DNA of 64,000 bases, taken from the NCBI GenBank assembly GCA_964402425.1, contig CAYOCD010000001.1, positions 4,349 through 68,348 on the forward strand. Reading direction: 5' to 3'. Below are positions 17,496 to 27,350 of this stretch, piece by piece. The position numbers were made by a program, and so were the translations under genes. The notes below the pieces were generated by a model. It was not told the origin of the DNA. It was given only the letters and a program-made list of their open reading frames with translations, and made no database searches. Numbering within the stretch: the stretch's first letter is position 1; each line of letters starts with the position of its first letter. Source of the stretch: an uncultured Gammaproteobacteria bacterium (lineage in GTDB: Bacteria > Patescibacteriota > Patescibacteriia > UBA9934 > GWF2-40-263).

Positions 17496-18551
17496 TTATT
17501 TCACTTCTTCGATCAATTTTGGTAATGCTTCTACCACTTTAATCACAAATCCAATCCTTCCTATGACCTGTCCTCTTTCTGTTTCCATTCTTACTCTCCA
17601 TTTTCCAGGTACGAGATTTGATTTCAACGAATACCCTCGGTATCCCTCATCTCGTCCGCCGGAAAGCGTAAAGGATGACCGATTTTTATCAATCCATTTC
17701 TTCTGAACAGGATCGAAATATTGCCAACGATGAACGATCGTCGTTTTTAATTTGAGCGGAGCAAAGATGGCAGAAAAAACATAGACACGATTCGTCATTG
17801 GGACATGAAGGACTTGTCCTGGAATCACTTGATCAAGCCAGGATTCTTTTTCCGCAAGCGCAACATATCTATTTCCGTTCCGTTCAACCTTGTGATACAC
17901 ACCCGCCTCGCGAAGAGACAACGGAATCGGCGGAATCACATTCAATACATACAGAGCATTCATGGAGATAAAAATAGTCGCCATGACAAAAAGAATCCGC
18001 CTTTGTATTTGCTGAATCGATTGAACGTATTTTGCTAACACATTCGAAATGATCCACACAGGAACAAACGCAAAAACCCCTGCCGCAACGAACAAAATCG
18101 GATCCAATGAATTAAATGCGTATGGAAGCGCAAGCGCAAAAAGTGAAAACGAAATGAAATAATACAACCCAATCTGAACAAGCGGTTTCAAATAATACTG
18201 ATTGAACACTTCATTTGAAACCATGAGGAGCGCGAGCAAAATCATGATCGGCCAACTTGCCGAGAGCGCACCACTAAACCAGTAAAACACAAGCGACGAA
18301 CTCAATAATGCTCCAAACGTAAACTGAATCAAAAACTTTGCCACCATGCGCAAACGTTCATATCGAACTGTATTCAGCACAAAAATACAGACAGCGGCGA
18401 TCACGTAATAGATTCCTAGGATCCAGAACGTTGTTTCCACGTTCAGTGTTTTAAACGTCACAAAATCAACAGCCGTACCCAAAAGAAGCGTTGCTGGCAT
18501 GAGCAGACGCTCGTATGTTTCAAAAAGTTTTTTGATGGTTTTAAATGGCAT
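17496..18551 (-). CDS. DUF2914-domain membrane protein
   Basis: Multi-TM N terminus; C-terminal IFAP..L.TTIVHRW, GGRDEGYRGYS.K and GKWRV. Confidence 0.85.
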   Translation of the reverse strand: MPFKTIKKLFETYERLLMPATLLLGTAVDFVTFKTLNVETTFWILGIYYVIAAVCIFVLNTVRYERLRMVAKFLIQFTFGALLSSSLVFYWFSGALSASWPIMILLALLMVSNEVFNQYYLKPLVQIGLYYFISFSLFALALPYAFNSLDPILFVAAGVFAFVPVWIISNVLAKYVQSIQQIQRRILFVMATIFISMNALYVLNVIPPIPLSLREAGVYHKVERNGNRYVALAEKESWLDQVIPGQVLHVPMTNRVYVFSAIFAPLKLKTTIVHRWQYFDPVQKKWIDKNRSSFTLSGGRDEGYRGYSLKSNLVPGKWRVRMETERGQVIGRIGFVIKVVEALPKLIEEVK

Positions 18552-18565
18552 GTAGATTTACCCTC

Positions 18566-19084
18566 TTAATATTTCCTTCCGTCATACGCCCAATGCAAAA
18601 GTGTTTGGCGTTGTTTGGGTCGGCATGTTTTATCGCCACGCTTACAATTCTTTTTGAGCTGTGCCACATGGCGTTGAATCGCTTTCCATCGTTTAATTTG
18701 ACGTGCATCGTCTTTACAGCGGCGTCCTAAGTAATAACGACAATACCATTGAAACCATCCGTGCGGATCTTCCCAATAAATCCATCCGCGACGACGCCAT
18801 TCTGAAAGCGGCAAGCTGGCGTTGATTCCAAAATAATTGAGTTCATCGTATTTGTGCGTAGAGCGCGAACGTTTTACTCCTTTGAACCACGACTTTGGAA
18901 GATCCGATGGAATCAACTCTTTTGCCGCAATAAAATACGCACCACCAAAACTCCCGAGCGCAAGCATTTCTTGCGGTGTGAGTTCTGGTTTAAATGCGGG
19001 ATCAAAATTTTTCCCAACGGGCTCTGTACAGGTATACTTATACAACGATTGAAACGCATCAGAATACGTCACGTATTTTGGCAT
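18566..19084 (-). CDS. Conserved hypothetical protein (GWFQWYCRYYLGRR family)
   Basis: F.P.LTP.EML..GSFGG.Y, W...GWI, DPHGWFQWYCRYYLGRR and RQTLLHWA. Confidence 0.8.
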   Translation of the reverse strand: MPKYVTYSDAFQSLYKYTCTEPVGKNFDPAFKPELTPQEMLALGSFGGAYFIAAKELIPSDLPKSWFKGVKRSRSTHKYDELNYFGINASLPLSEWRRRGWIYWEDPHGWFQWYCRYYLGRRCKDDARQIKRWKAIQRHVAQLKKNCKRGDKTCRPKQRQTLLHWAYDGRKY

Positions 19085-19096
19085 AACATACAACTT

Positions 19097-19627
19097 ATGG
19101 AATGGTTCTATCTTACTCTTCTACGCCCGTTTTCAAAAGGTGTTCTTAAGACACTTGCCTCATTTGCAAACCGTGAGAACAAACTCCCGAACTGGGCATT
19201 TTATCAGATGTCACATGTCGTTCCCTACACTTCTTTTGAATTACTTATCCTTCGAGATGGCACAGATGGGCGTGAAATCTTTCTTACACAGCGTGCACCA
19301 AATGATCCAGAGTGGCCAAACGCATGGCATTTCCCTGGGACGATTATTCGTATCAAAGATTCGTTTGAGAGCATTAAACTTCGACTCGCAAAGAGTGAAC
19401 TTGGACTCACAGAACTTCCGGGTGAAGCACAATTCCTCACCATGTTATTCGACGAGGACAAACCGCGTGGAAATATTCTACATACATTTCACGTCTTACG
19501 TGTCGATTCAGAATTTATGAATTCAAATGGAACCTTTTTTCCGATCGATCAATTACCGGAAGACATCATCAACTTTCAAAAACGACAACTCAAAACGATT
19601 TCCGATCACATAAAAACTTCCTCCTAA
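19097..19627 (+). CDS. NUDIX-fold protein (degenerate box)
   Basis: IFLTQR..D..WPNAWHFPGTII...ESIKLRLAKSELG; ATG at 19097. Confidence 0.7.
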   Translation: MEWFYLTLLRPFSKGVLKTLASFANRENKLPNWAFYQMSHVVPYTSFELLILRDGTDGREIFLTQRAPNDPEWPNAWHFPGTIIRIKDSFESIKLRLAKSELGLTELPGEAQFLTMLFDEDKPRGNILHTFHVLRVDSEFMNSNGTFFPIDQLPEDIINFQKRQLKTISDHIKTSS

Positions 19628-20929
19628 TTACGGGAGGAAGTTTTTCTTTCGTCGAGCACGATGAAACGTTATGGCAAAACGATGTGCTTCATCACGAACA
19701 CGTTGAAAAATTTCTTTACCACGCACAGCCGCACGTGCAAGATCTTTGTTGGTTCGATCAAACACAAATCGATCTTGTTTTCGATCAAAGCCTTTTGCGA
19801 TTCCGATGATGGGGATATTAATTCCGAGTTCATCGAGCACTTCTTGGACGCGATTCACTTGTGGTTCTCCCCCATCAATGATCATCACCTCCGGGCGCTC
19901 CCAACCTTTTGTTCCAAGTCGTGCAAGGCGTCTACGAATCACTTCTTCCATGCTTGCAACATCATTTGCCCCCTGAACGGTTTTGATTTTGAATTTGCGA
20001 TACAACGGTCTTGCTGGTTTACCGTCAAGAAAAACGGTCATGCTCGCAACAGGACTCGCCCCTGAAATATTCGAGTTATCGTAAGCTTCAATGCGACCAT
20101 CAAGATCAATCGTATCACCAGATAATTTTTCGATCGGGAGTGTGTAATCTTCTTTCGTGAGAAGCGCGACGTCATGAATATGCTCGAGCGCGAAAATCTT
20201 TTTACGAAGAACCGCTGCTTCCTCGAAATTTAATGCTCGAGAAGCCGCATTCATTTCCTTTGTCATCTCTCGAACGACGACCGATTTCTTTCCATCAAAA
20301 AACTGAATGAGGTGCTTGATGATATTGCGGTAATCTTTTTTTGAGATCGCACCGACGCAGACACCTGGGCATTTCTTGAGTTGATAATCAAAACACGCAC
20401 GCTTTGCGTCTGATAAACAAATGCTCCACGGAATCATGGGTCGAATCAACTCAAGTGCACGCTTCAATGACACACCGCTTGTGTATGGACCGAACACATA
20501 CAAAAACTTTTTCTTTGCTTCTTTTGAGAGCTCCTTATCAAACGGCTTCACCCCAAACTTTTCAAGTTCATGCCCTCGATAAAAAACAGGTCGTGGAAAA
20601 TCTTCATTTGTGATACATACGTACAAATAACTTTTATCATCACGCTGCAAAATGTTGTACTTTGGCTTCTTTGCTTTAATTTGGTTTGCTTCGAGCACAA
20701 GCGCTTCAAGAACGGACGGTGTTTCGATGTAATCGATCCGAACAATATGCGAAACCATTTCAGCAATACGTGGATCAAGCCGTTTTGAGGAGAAATAAGA
20801 ACCAACCCGAGACTTAAGCGACGTTGCCTTCCCTACATAAAGCAATAAATGCTCCTTATCAAAATAAAAATACACCCCGGGATGATCGGGTAGCGCATTA
20901 TTCTTTATTTTGATAGCATTTGGTATCAT
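19628..20929 (-). CDS. uvrC: Excinuclease ABC subunit C (short form)
   Basis: GIY-YIG (PGVY...YVGKA..L.SRV), UVR domain, RIEAYDNS, IDGG and QRVRDEAHRFA. Confidence 0.95.
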   Translation of the reverse strand: MIPNAIKIKNNALPDHPGVYFYFDKEHLLLYVGKATSLKSRVGSYFSSKRLDPRIAEMVSHIVRIDYIETPSVLEALVLEANQIKAKKPKYNILQRDDKSYLYVCITNEDFPRPVFYRGHELEKFGVKPFDKELSKEAKKKFLYVFGPYTSGVSLKRALELIRPMIPWSICLSDAKRACFDYQLKKCPGVCVGAISKKDYRNIIKHLIQFFDGKKSVVVREMTKEMNAASRALNFEEAAVLRKKIFALEHIHDVALLTKEDYTLPIEKLSGDTIDLDGRIEAYDNSNISGASPVASMTVFLDGKPARPLYRKFKIKTVQGANDVASMEEVIRRRLARLGTKGWERPEVMIIDGGEPQVNRVQEVLDELGINIPIIGIAKGFDRKQDRFVFDRTNKDLARAAVRGKEIFQRVRDEAHRFAITFHRARRKKNFLP

Positions 20930-20951
20930 GAAACAAATTTAACCATATTTT

Positions 20952-21476
20952 ATGAATAAAATCATTATTGCTTTATCAATTATCGTCCTTATTGGCGCTG
21001 GATGTGCAAAAACACCTGCCCCGCAAAATGAAAACGCGATTGATACCTCTGTCCCAGAATCATCTATTTCGATCACAACAACCAATCCGGACGGAACAAC
21101 TTCGGAACAAAACATTGCGGTTGGTAACAAGACATCCACAGCAAAAAACGTTGAACAAGATGACAAAGGAGTTCCGATGATTGATATTGAATTAACTTCC
21201 CAAAACTCAGTCAGAACCATCGATCTCAAATCAGGCAATTTCTTCTTTGAACCAAAAGTCATCAATGCAAAACCAGGAGAAAAATTGCGTATTGATTTTC
21301 GTGGAACCGTTGGAACACACACGTTTGTCATCAATGAAGCAAACGTAAAACAGACGGTTAAAGATGGATCTGGATTTGAATTCGTTGCTCCAACAACACC
21401 AGGCTCATACACATACTATTGCGACATTGGAAATCACCGAGCTCAAGGCATGGAAGGAACACTTATTGTGAAGTAG
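20952..21476 (+). CDS. Cupredoxin/plastocyanin-domain lipoprotein
   Basis: Lipobox LIGAGC; type-1 Cu ligands HTF...YYCDIGNHRAQGM. Confidence 0.9.
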   Translation: MNKIIIALSIIVLIGAGCAKTPAPQNENAIDTSVPESSISITTTNPDGTTSEQNIAVGNKTSTAKNVEQDDKGVPMIDIELTSQNSVRTIDLKSGNFFFEPKVINAKPGEKLRIDFRGTVGTHTFVINEANVKQTVKDGSGFEFVAPTTPGSYTYYCDIGNHRAQGMEGTLIVK

Positions 21477-21478
21477 GC

Positions 21479-21511
21479 AAAAAGCGTCGATCAAAACGAT
21501 CGACGCTTTTT
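21479..21511. terminator. Bidirectional terminator
   Basis: AAAAAGCGTCGATC-AAAAC-GATCGACGCTTTTT. Confidence 0.8.
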
Positions 21512-21517
21512 ATTTTT

Positions 21518-24181
21518 CTACCCTTTCTTCAACACCCGTTTCAAATACTCCCCCGTATGACTTCCTGCGTGTCTTGCAACCTCCTCCGGCGTTCCGGCAT
21601 ACACAACCGTTCCGCCTTTGTCTCCCCCTTCTGGCCCCATATCAATAATCCAGTCGGCTGTTTTGATAACGTCTAGGTTGTGTTCAATCACAATGACAGA
21701 GTTTCCTTTGTCGACGAGCGAGTGCATCACTTCAAGAAGTTTCTTCACATCTGCGAAGTGCAAGCCTGTTGTTGGTTCGTCGAACAAATAGAATGTTCGC
21801 CCCGTCTGCCTCTTCGACAGCTCCGTTGCAAGCTTCACACGCTGCGCTTCTCCTCCCGAGAGCGTTGGTGCAGGTTGACCGAGTTTTATATACGAAAGTC
21901 CAACATCATTAAGTGATGCCAGCTTGTCATAAATATAAGGAATCTCTTTGAAGAACACCGTTGCTTCTTCAATCGTCATTTCAAGAATGTCGTGAATGTT
22001 TTTTTCTTTGAAGGTAATCTCGAGCGTCTCGCGATCAAATCGTTTCCCTTTGCAGATATCGCACGTAACATACACGGTCGGAAGAAAATGCATTTCGATT
22101 GAAATCAGTCCGTGCCCCTCGCAATGCTCACAACGTCCGCCAGGGCGATTGAAACTGAAACGGCCTGCTTTGTACCCACGGAATTTTGCTTCCGTCGTTT
22201 CCGCAAAGAGATCGCGAATGGGTGACCACGCACCTGTGTACGTTGCTGGATTTGAACGCGACGTACGACCAATCGCATCTTGATCAATCAGAATCGCTTT
22301 ATCAATGTATTCAAGTCCAAGAAGCGCTTTATGCTTTCCGGGTGTTTGCGATCCACCATACAGACGTTTCGAAATAGCCTTGTACATGGTGTCATATGCG
22401 AGCGTTGACTTCCCTGATCCGGACACACCTGTCACACACACAAATTTACGAAGAGGAAAATCAACATCAATATTTTTCAAATTGTTTTGTGTTGCCCCTT
22501 TCACACGAATCGATCCACCATCATTCTGACGACGTTCTTTTGGAACTTCGATCTTTTGGTCACCACGAAGATACGCTGCAGTAAGCGACTTCTTGTCTTC
22601 AAAAATCGCTGGCGTCTCGCCAGCGGCGACAACATATCCCCCGTGCACACCAGCTCCCGGGCCAATCTCGATCATGTAGTCGGACGCCATGATCGTATCT
22701 TCGTCATGTTCAACAACAATCACCGTGTTCCCAAGATCACGCAGATCTTCAAGTGTTTTAATCAAACGATCATTATCACGTTGATGAAGTCCGATCGTTG
22801 GTTCATCAAGAACATACATCGCACCCACAAGTCGAGATCCAACTTGCGATGCAAGGCGAATACGTTGCGCTTCTCCGCCCGAGAGCGTGCCAGCTCGACG
22901 ATTGAGCGACAAATAATGCAACCCAACATCAAGCATAAACTTCAAACGATTTTCAATTTCACGCAAAACAGATCCTGCAATCTCTAAATCTTTTTCTGTG
23001 ACGTCCAATGTTTTAAAATACAAAACCGCTTCATCGATGGACATATTTGTAATGTCCACAATCGAAATTCCTTTTTTCTCTGCCATGGGAATAAGCTCAT
23101 CTGATTCCTGATATTCAATCGGTGCGATCGGTGTTTTCTTTTTCGTCACCTTCAATTCCTTTCCGCCCCTTCCGTCCTCTCCGCCCTTCACCACCCCTGG
23201 CAACCACACATGCAACGCTTCCGATCGCAAACGCGCACCGTGACATGTTTCACACAAATCTTCCGAGAATAACTCGACGGTTCCGAGTCCGGTACATGCC
23301 TGACATGCGCCGTACGGAGAGTTAAACGAAAAGAGGCGTGGTTCGATTTCTGGAAAGGAAAACCCATCTTTCGGACAAGAAAATTTTGCCGAAAGCATTT
23401 GCTCGGTTTTGTCTGGATACACAATGGTCGCGACATCATTCCCCTTCTCGACGGCCGTCTCGAGAGCTTCCGCGAGACGCTGACGTGTTTCTTTCGGCGC
23501 GCTCGCGAGCTCGGCAATCGTAATCATATCGACGACCACTTCGATCGTGTGCTGCTGATAGCGCGCAAGTTCAATCTTTTCATCCAAACGATATTCTTTG
23601 CCATCAATGCGCACACGTGCGAATCCAGAGTTATACAAATCGTAAAGCAATTGGTAATACTCGCCTTTTCTCCCAAGAACCACCGGCGCGAGAATTTTAA
23701 TACTTCCCTTTCCGGCCTCTCCAGCCTCTCTCGCCTCTATTGCCTCTCGAGCCTTCCCCAACACAACATCCACCATCTCTTCATTCGTCAACTTCTGAAT
23801 TTGCTCACCGCACTTTGGACAATGCGGCTTTCCCACACGCGCATACAACACACGAAGATAATCATAAATCTCCGTGATGGTGGCAACGGTTGAACGAGGG
23901 TTGGAGGAATGCGCTTTCTGGTCGATCGAAATCGCTGGCGACAAACCTTCAATATCGTCTACGTCTGGCTTTTCCATCTGACCAAGAAACTGACGCGCGT
24001 AAGCCGACAGCGACTCCACATATCGACGCTGCCCTTCAGCGAAAATCGTGTCGAATGCCAAAGAAGATTTTCCCGAACCTGAAACACCCGTGATACACAC
24101 AAGTTTATTCCGCGGCATCTCCACATTAATATTTTTCAAATTGTGCTCGCGCGCTCCCCGCACGATAATTTTGTCTTGCAT
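21518..24181 (-). CDS. uvrA: Excinuclease ABC subunit A
   Basis: GAREHNLKN, two GVSGSGKS Walker A motifs, two LSGGEAQR signatures and Zn fingers. Confidence 0.98.
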   Translation of the reverse strand: MQDKIIVRGAREHNLKNINVEMPRNKLVCITGVSGSGKSSLAFDTIFAEGQRRYVESLSAYARQFLGQMEKPDVDDIEGLSPAISIDQKAHSSNPRSTVATITEIYDYLRVLYARVGKPHCPKCGEQIQKLTNEEMVDVVLGKAREAIEAREAGEAGKGSIKILAPVVLGRKGEYYQLLYDLYNSGFARVRIDGKEYRLDEKIELARYQQHTIEVVVDMITIAELASAPKETRQRLAEALETAVEKGNDVATIVYPDKTEQMLSAKFSCPKDGFSFPEIEPRLFSFNSPYGACQACTGLGTVELFSEDLCETCHGARLRSEALHVWLPGVVKGGEDGRGGKELKVTKKKTPIAPIEYQESDELIPMAEKKGISIVDITNMSIDEAVLYFKTLDVTEKDLEIAGSVLREIENRLKFMLDVGLHYLSLNRRAGTLSGGEAQRIRLASQVGSRLVGAMYVLDEPTIGLHQRDNDRLIKTLEDLRDLGNTVIVVEHDEDTIMASDYMIEIGPGAGVHGGYVVAAGETPAIFEDKKSLTAAYLRGDQKIEVPKERRQNDGGSIRVKGATQNNLKNIDVDFPLRKFVCVTGVSGSGKSTLAYDTMYKAISKRLYGGSQTPGKHKALLGLEYIDKAILIDQDAIGRTSRSNPATYTGAWSPIRDLFAETTEAKFRGYKAGRFSFNRPGGRCEHCEGHGLISIEMHFLPTVYVTCDICKGKRFDRETLEITFKEKNIHDILEMTIEEATVFFKEIPYIYDKLASLNDVGLSYIKLGQPAPTLSGGEAQRVKLATELSKRQTGRTFYLFDEPTTGLHFADVKKLLEVMHSLVDKGNSVIVIEHNLDVIKTADWIIDMGPEGGDKGGTVVYAGTPEEVARHAGSHTGEYLKRVLKKG

Positions 24182-24190
24182 ATGATTCTA

Positions 24191-24276
24191 TATTGCCTGA
24201 GTGAAGAGTCCGACGACGAATCGAAGGCTCTGACTTATTGCCTGCTCCGCGAAGTGGTTCACCGCTTGTCGAAGGC
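24191..24276. repeat. Two degenerate copies of the TATYGSCTGAGCTTGTCGAAGSC repeat
   Basis: TATTGCCTGAG..TCGAAGGC (24191-24228) and TATTGCCTG..GCTTGTCGAAGGC (24236-24276). Confidence 0.65.
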
Positions 24277-24284
24277 CACGTAAT

Positions 24285-24554
24285 TTATTCCCACTTTCCC
24301 CATTCACCACGAATAAGCTTTTCTTTTTTTGCACGTGTCCATCCTTTTAATTGCTTTTCTCTTTGCCGTGCCTCATCTAAATTTTCATATTCCTCAGAAT
24401 AAACGAGTGCTTTGAATCCGTGCTTTTTTGTATAAACCGATCCAAATCCAGATTCATGCTGACCATAACGAATAGGAAGAGACCATGTCATGCCGACATA
24501 ATAACTCCCATCTAAACATTCAATGATATACACGTACCATTTCCATGATTCCAT
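24285..24554 (-). CDS. Small GIY-YIG nuclease (UPF0213-like)
   Basis: WYVYIIECLDGSYYVGMT, R..QH and REKQLKGWTRAKK. Confidence 0.92.
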   Translation of the reverse strand: MESWKWYVYIIECLDGSYYVGMTWSLPIRYGQHESGFGSVYTKKHGFKALVYSEEYENLDEARQREKQLKGWTRAKKEKLIRGEWGKWE

Positions 24555-24564
24555 AACAGATACA

Positions 24565-24587
24565 GCCTTCGACAAGCTCAGGCGATA
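24565..24587. repeat. REP-like repeat upstream of the GIY-YIG gene
   Basis: GCCTTCGACAAGCTCAGGCGATA, inverted relative to the 24191-24276 copies. Confidence 0.75.
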
Positions 24588-24591
24588 TTAT

Positions 24592-26709
24592 TTATGCTTT
24601 TACTTTCTTTACCTTCTTCGGCACCGTACTCTTTTTCTCAAGTTCCTTCTTTAACATCGCCACTTCATCCCTCAACAGCGCCGCCGTTTCGAAATCGAGC
24701 TTGCGTGCAGCTTCTCGCATCTCAACTTCTTTTTCTTTTATCACTTCCTGAATCTCATGCGAGTCTGCCTTCAGTTCGAGTTTGAGAATATCCTTAATCG
24801 ATCGCTCTTCACTCTCGCCAAACATGGCGCGGATGTCGTGAATTTCTTTGATGATGCTTTCCGGTGTGATGTTGTGTTTTGTGTTGTACGCAATCTGAAT
24901 CGTTCGACGACGTTCGGTTTCCTCGATCGCGCGTGTCAGCGATCCGGTCATTTGATCGGCGTAAAGAAGAACTTCTCCCTTTACGTGACGCGCCGCACGT
25001 CCAATCGTTTGAATGATGGATGTATCTGATCGCAAGAATCCTTCTTTGTCTGCGTCGAGAATGGCGACGAGTGTCACCTCAGGAAGGTCGAGACCTTCAC
25101 GCAGCAAGTTCACTCCGACGAGAACGTCATATTTTCCTCTTCGAAGATCCGAGAGGATTGTGATGCGATCGAGTGTATCCACGCCTGAGTGCAAATATTG
25201 CACGGCGATCTTTTTTTCTTTTAAGAATTCGGAAAGATCCTCTGCCATTTTTTTTGTAAGTGTTGTCACAAGCGTACGCTCATGAAGCGCAACGCGTTTT
25301 TCAATCTCGCCGATGAGATCTTCGACTTGACCTAGATAACCTTCTGGGGCTTCGACAAGCTCAGCCAATACATAGTCATCTTGCGATTCGCCTCTGTCGC
25401 GTTTGTCGCTTCTGTCACCTTTGACGCCTCCCGCAGTCACTCGTCTCACTGTAATCACCGGATCAACCAATCCTGTTGGACGAATAATTTGTTCCACGAT
25501 TTTTTGTGCATGTTTTTTCTCATACGGACCCGGCGTTGCGCTCACAAAAACCGTTTGACCGATCTTTTTTTCGAACTCATCGAATTGAAGCGGTCGATTG
25601 TCTCGCGCGCTTGGCAGGCGGAAGCCGTGATCAATCAATGAGTTCTTGCGCGCTTGATCCCCCGCATACATTCCACCGATTTGTGGAATGGTTACGTGCG
25701 ATTCATCAACGAGCGTCAAGAAATCCTCCGGGAAATAATCCATGAGTGTGTACGGAGGTTCACCTGGCGCACGGCCATCAAAGAAGCGTGAGTAGTTTTC
25801 AATTCCATTGCAGTAACCGACTTGTTCGATCATTTCAATATCGTATCGCGTTCTTCGAGAAAGACGCTCCGCCTCAAGAACCTGTCCGTTCTCTTCGAAC
25901 TTCTTGAGCTGCTCCGCAAGTTCATGACGAATTTGTCCGATCGCGCGTTCTTTGCGTTCTTGCGAGACAACATAATGCTTTGCCGGAAAAATCCAAAGGT
26001 CTAATCGTGTATCAAGTATTTTTCTTGTGATCGGATCCAACTGCTGAATCGAATCAATGGCATCGTCCGACAGAACGAGACGATAAATCATTTCTTCGTT
26101 TGTTGGCATGATTTCAAGAATGTCCCCCTTCGCGCGGAAGTGTCCGCGTGTGAGATCTGTGTTTGTGCGCTCGAACTGCATGGAGATCAGTTGTCGGATC
26201 AAATCTGTTCGAGAAGCAGATGGGCCAACCTTCAAATGTAAAACAGTCTCTTCATATTCTTTAGGCGAACCCAAACCATAAATACACGAAACGGACGCGA
26301 CGATAATCACATCACGACGTGTGAGCAGCGCTTGTGTTGCCGCGTGACGCAAACGATCGATCTCTTCGTTGATCATCGCTTCTTTTTCAATATACGTATC
26401 TGTACGCGCCATGTACGCCTCTGGTTGGTAATAGTCATAATACGAAACAAAATACTCCACGATGTTGTCCGGGAAAAACTCGCGGAACTCATTACAGAGC
26501 TGCGCGGCGAGCGTTTTGTTGTGCGCAATCACAAGCGTTGGACGCTGCGTCTGCTGAATAACGTTCGCCATGGTGAATGTCTTTCCAGAACCCGTTACAC
26601 CAAGAAGTGTTTGAAACTTTTTTTTATCATGAAGACCCCCAACGAGTTGTTCGATGGCTTTTGGCTGATCTCCGGCAGGCTTATACTTCGATTTAAGTTC
26701 AAATTTCAT
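24592..26709 (-). CDS. uvrB: Excinuclease ABC subunit B
   Basis: GDQP.AI, GVTGSGKT, YYDYYQPEAY, DESH, QTIGRAAR and a C-terminal UVR domain. Confidence 0.98.
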   Translation of the reverse strand: MKFELKSKYKPAGDQPKAIEQLVGGLHDKKKFQTLLGVTGSGKTFTMANVIQQTQRPTLVIAHNKTLAAQLCNEFREFFPDNIVEYFVSYYDYYQPEAYMARTDTYIEKEAMINEEIDRLRHAATQALLTRRDVIIVASVSCIYGLGSPKEYEETVLHLKVGPSASRTDLIRQLISMQFERTNTDLTRGHFRAKGDILEIMPTNEEMIYRLVLSDDAIDSIQQLDPITRKILDTRLDLWIFPAKHYVVSQERKERAIGQIRHELAEQLKKFEENGQVLEAERLSRRTRYDIEMIEQVGYCNGIENYSRFFDGRAPGEPPYTLMDYFPEDFLTLVDESHVTIPQIGGMYAGDQARKNSLIDHGFRLPSARDNRPLQFDEFEKKIGQTVFVSATPGPYEKKHAQKIVEQIIRPTGLVDPVITVRRVTAGGVKGDRSDKRDRGESQDDYVLAELVEAPEGYLGQVEDLIGEIEKRVALHERTLVTTLTKKMAEDLSEFLKEKKIAVQYLHSGVDTLDRITILSDLRRGKYDVLVGVNLLREGLDLPEVTLVAILDADKEGFLRSDTSIIQTIGRAARHVKGEVLLYADQMTGSLTRAIEETERRRTIQIAYNTKHNITPESIIKEIHDIRAMFGESEERSIKDILKLELKADSHEIQEVIKEKEVEMREAARKLDFETAALLRDEVAMLKKELEKKSTVPKKVKKVKA

Positions 26710-26984
26710 AATTGTGTGTAAGAACTTCTTACATTGGATGAGATGCGCCGCGCTGGAGTGAAAAAAAGTTGAGTCGTAGAAAACCTACGGCGAAACTTTT
26801 TTTCACGAAACGCAAGAAGATCGCCAATTTTAGAAGTTCTTACGACAAATGCCCCAAGAGGCTGTTCTCTAGGGGATAGCTGCCACGAACGACCTGTGGC
26901 AGAAGGAATAAAGTTGTACAAACAAGATAGCAAGATAAAGCCTTTTTGTCGAAAAAAACACCACATGTGTGGTGCAAGAGAATA

Positions 26985-27248
26985 TTAGACAGACGATTGT
27001 CCCGCAACGAAACGCAAGATGGCATGTTCTGTGGATGCGGCAAAGAAGAGATGCCCATCTAGATTGAGACTGTTGTCAGGTTGGATCATGCTCGTTTTCC
27101 GATGCAGACCAAAGAAGATGGGTTTTTCGATTCGAACGAAACCTTCTGCGTGGATCAATTGAATTCCATAAACAGACGTTCGTTCACCATCTCTCAACGC
27201 AAAATGAACAAATTCACGGCTTCCTTTTTTGCGACACACAATAAACAC
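26985..27248 (-). CDS. Small hypothetical protein
   Basis: GTG start preceded by the SD AAGGAGG and a TTGACA-18-TATATT promoter (27313-27284). Confidence 0.55.
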   Translation of the reverse strand: MFIVCRKKGSREFVHFALRDGERTSVYGIQLIHAEGFVRIEKPIFFGLHRKTSMIQPDNSLNLDGHLFFAASTEHAILRFVAGQSSV

Positions 27249-27350
27249 GCTCTTCCTCCTTCGTATATTTTTGTGTACCAAAAAATATACAAAAAAAATA
27301 ACACATCTGTCAATCTCACACATGTAAAATCTTGACCGAAAAAAGGTTTC

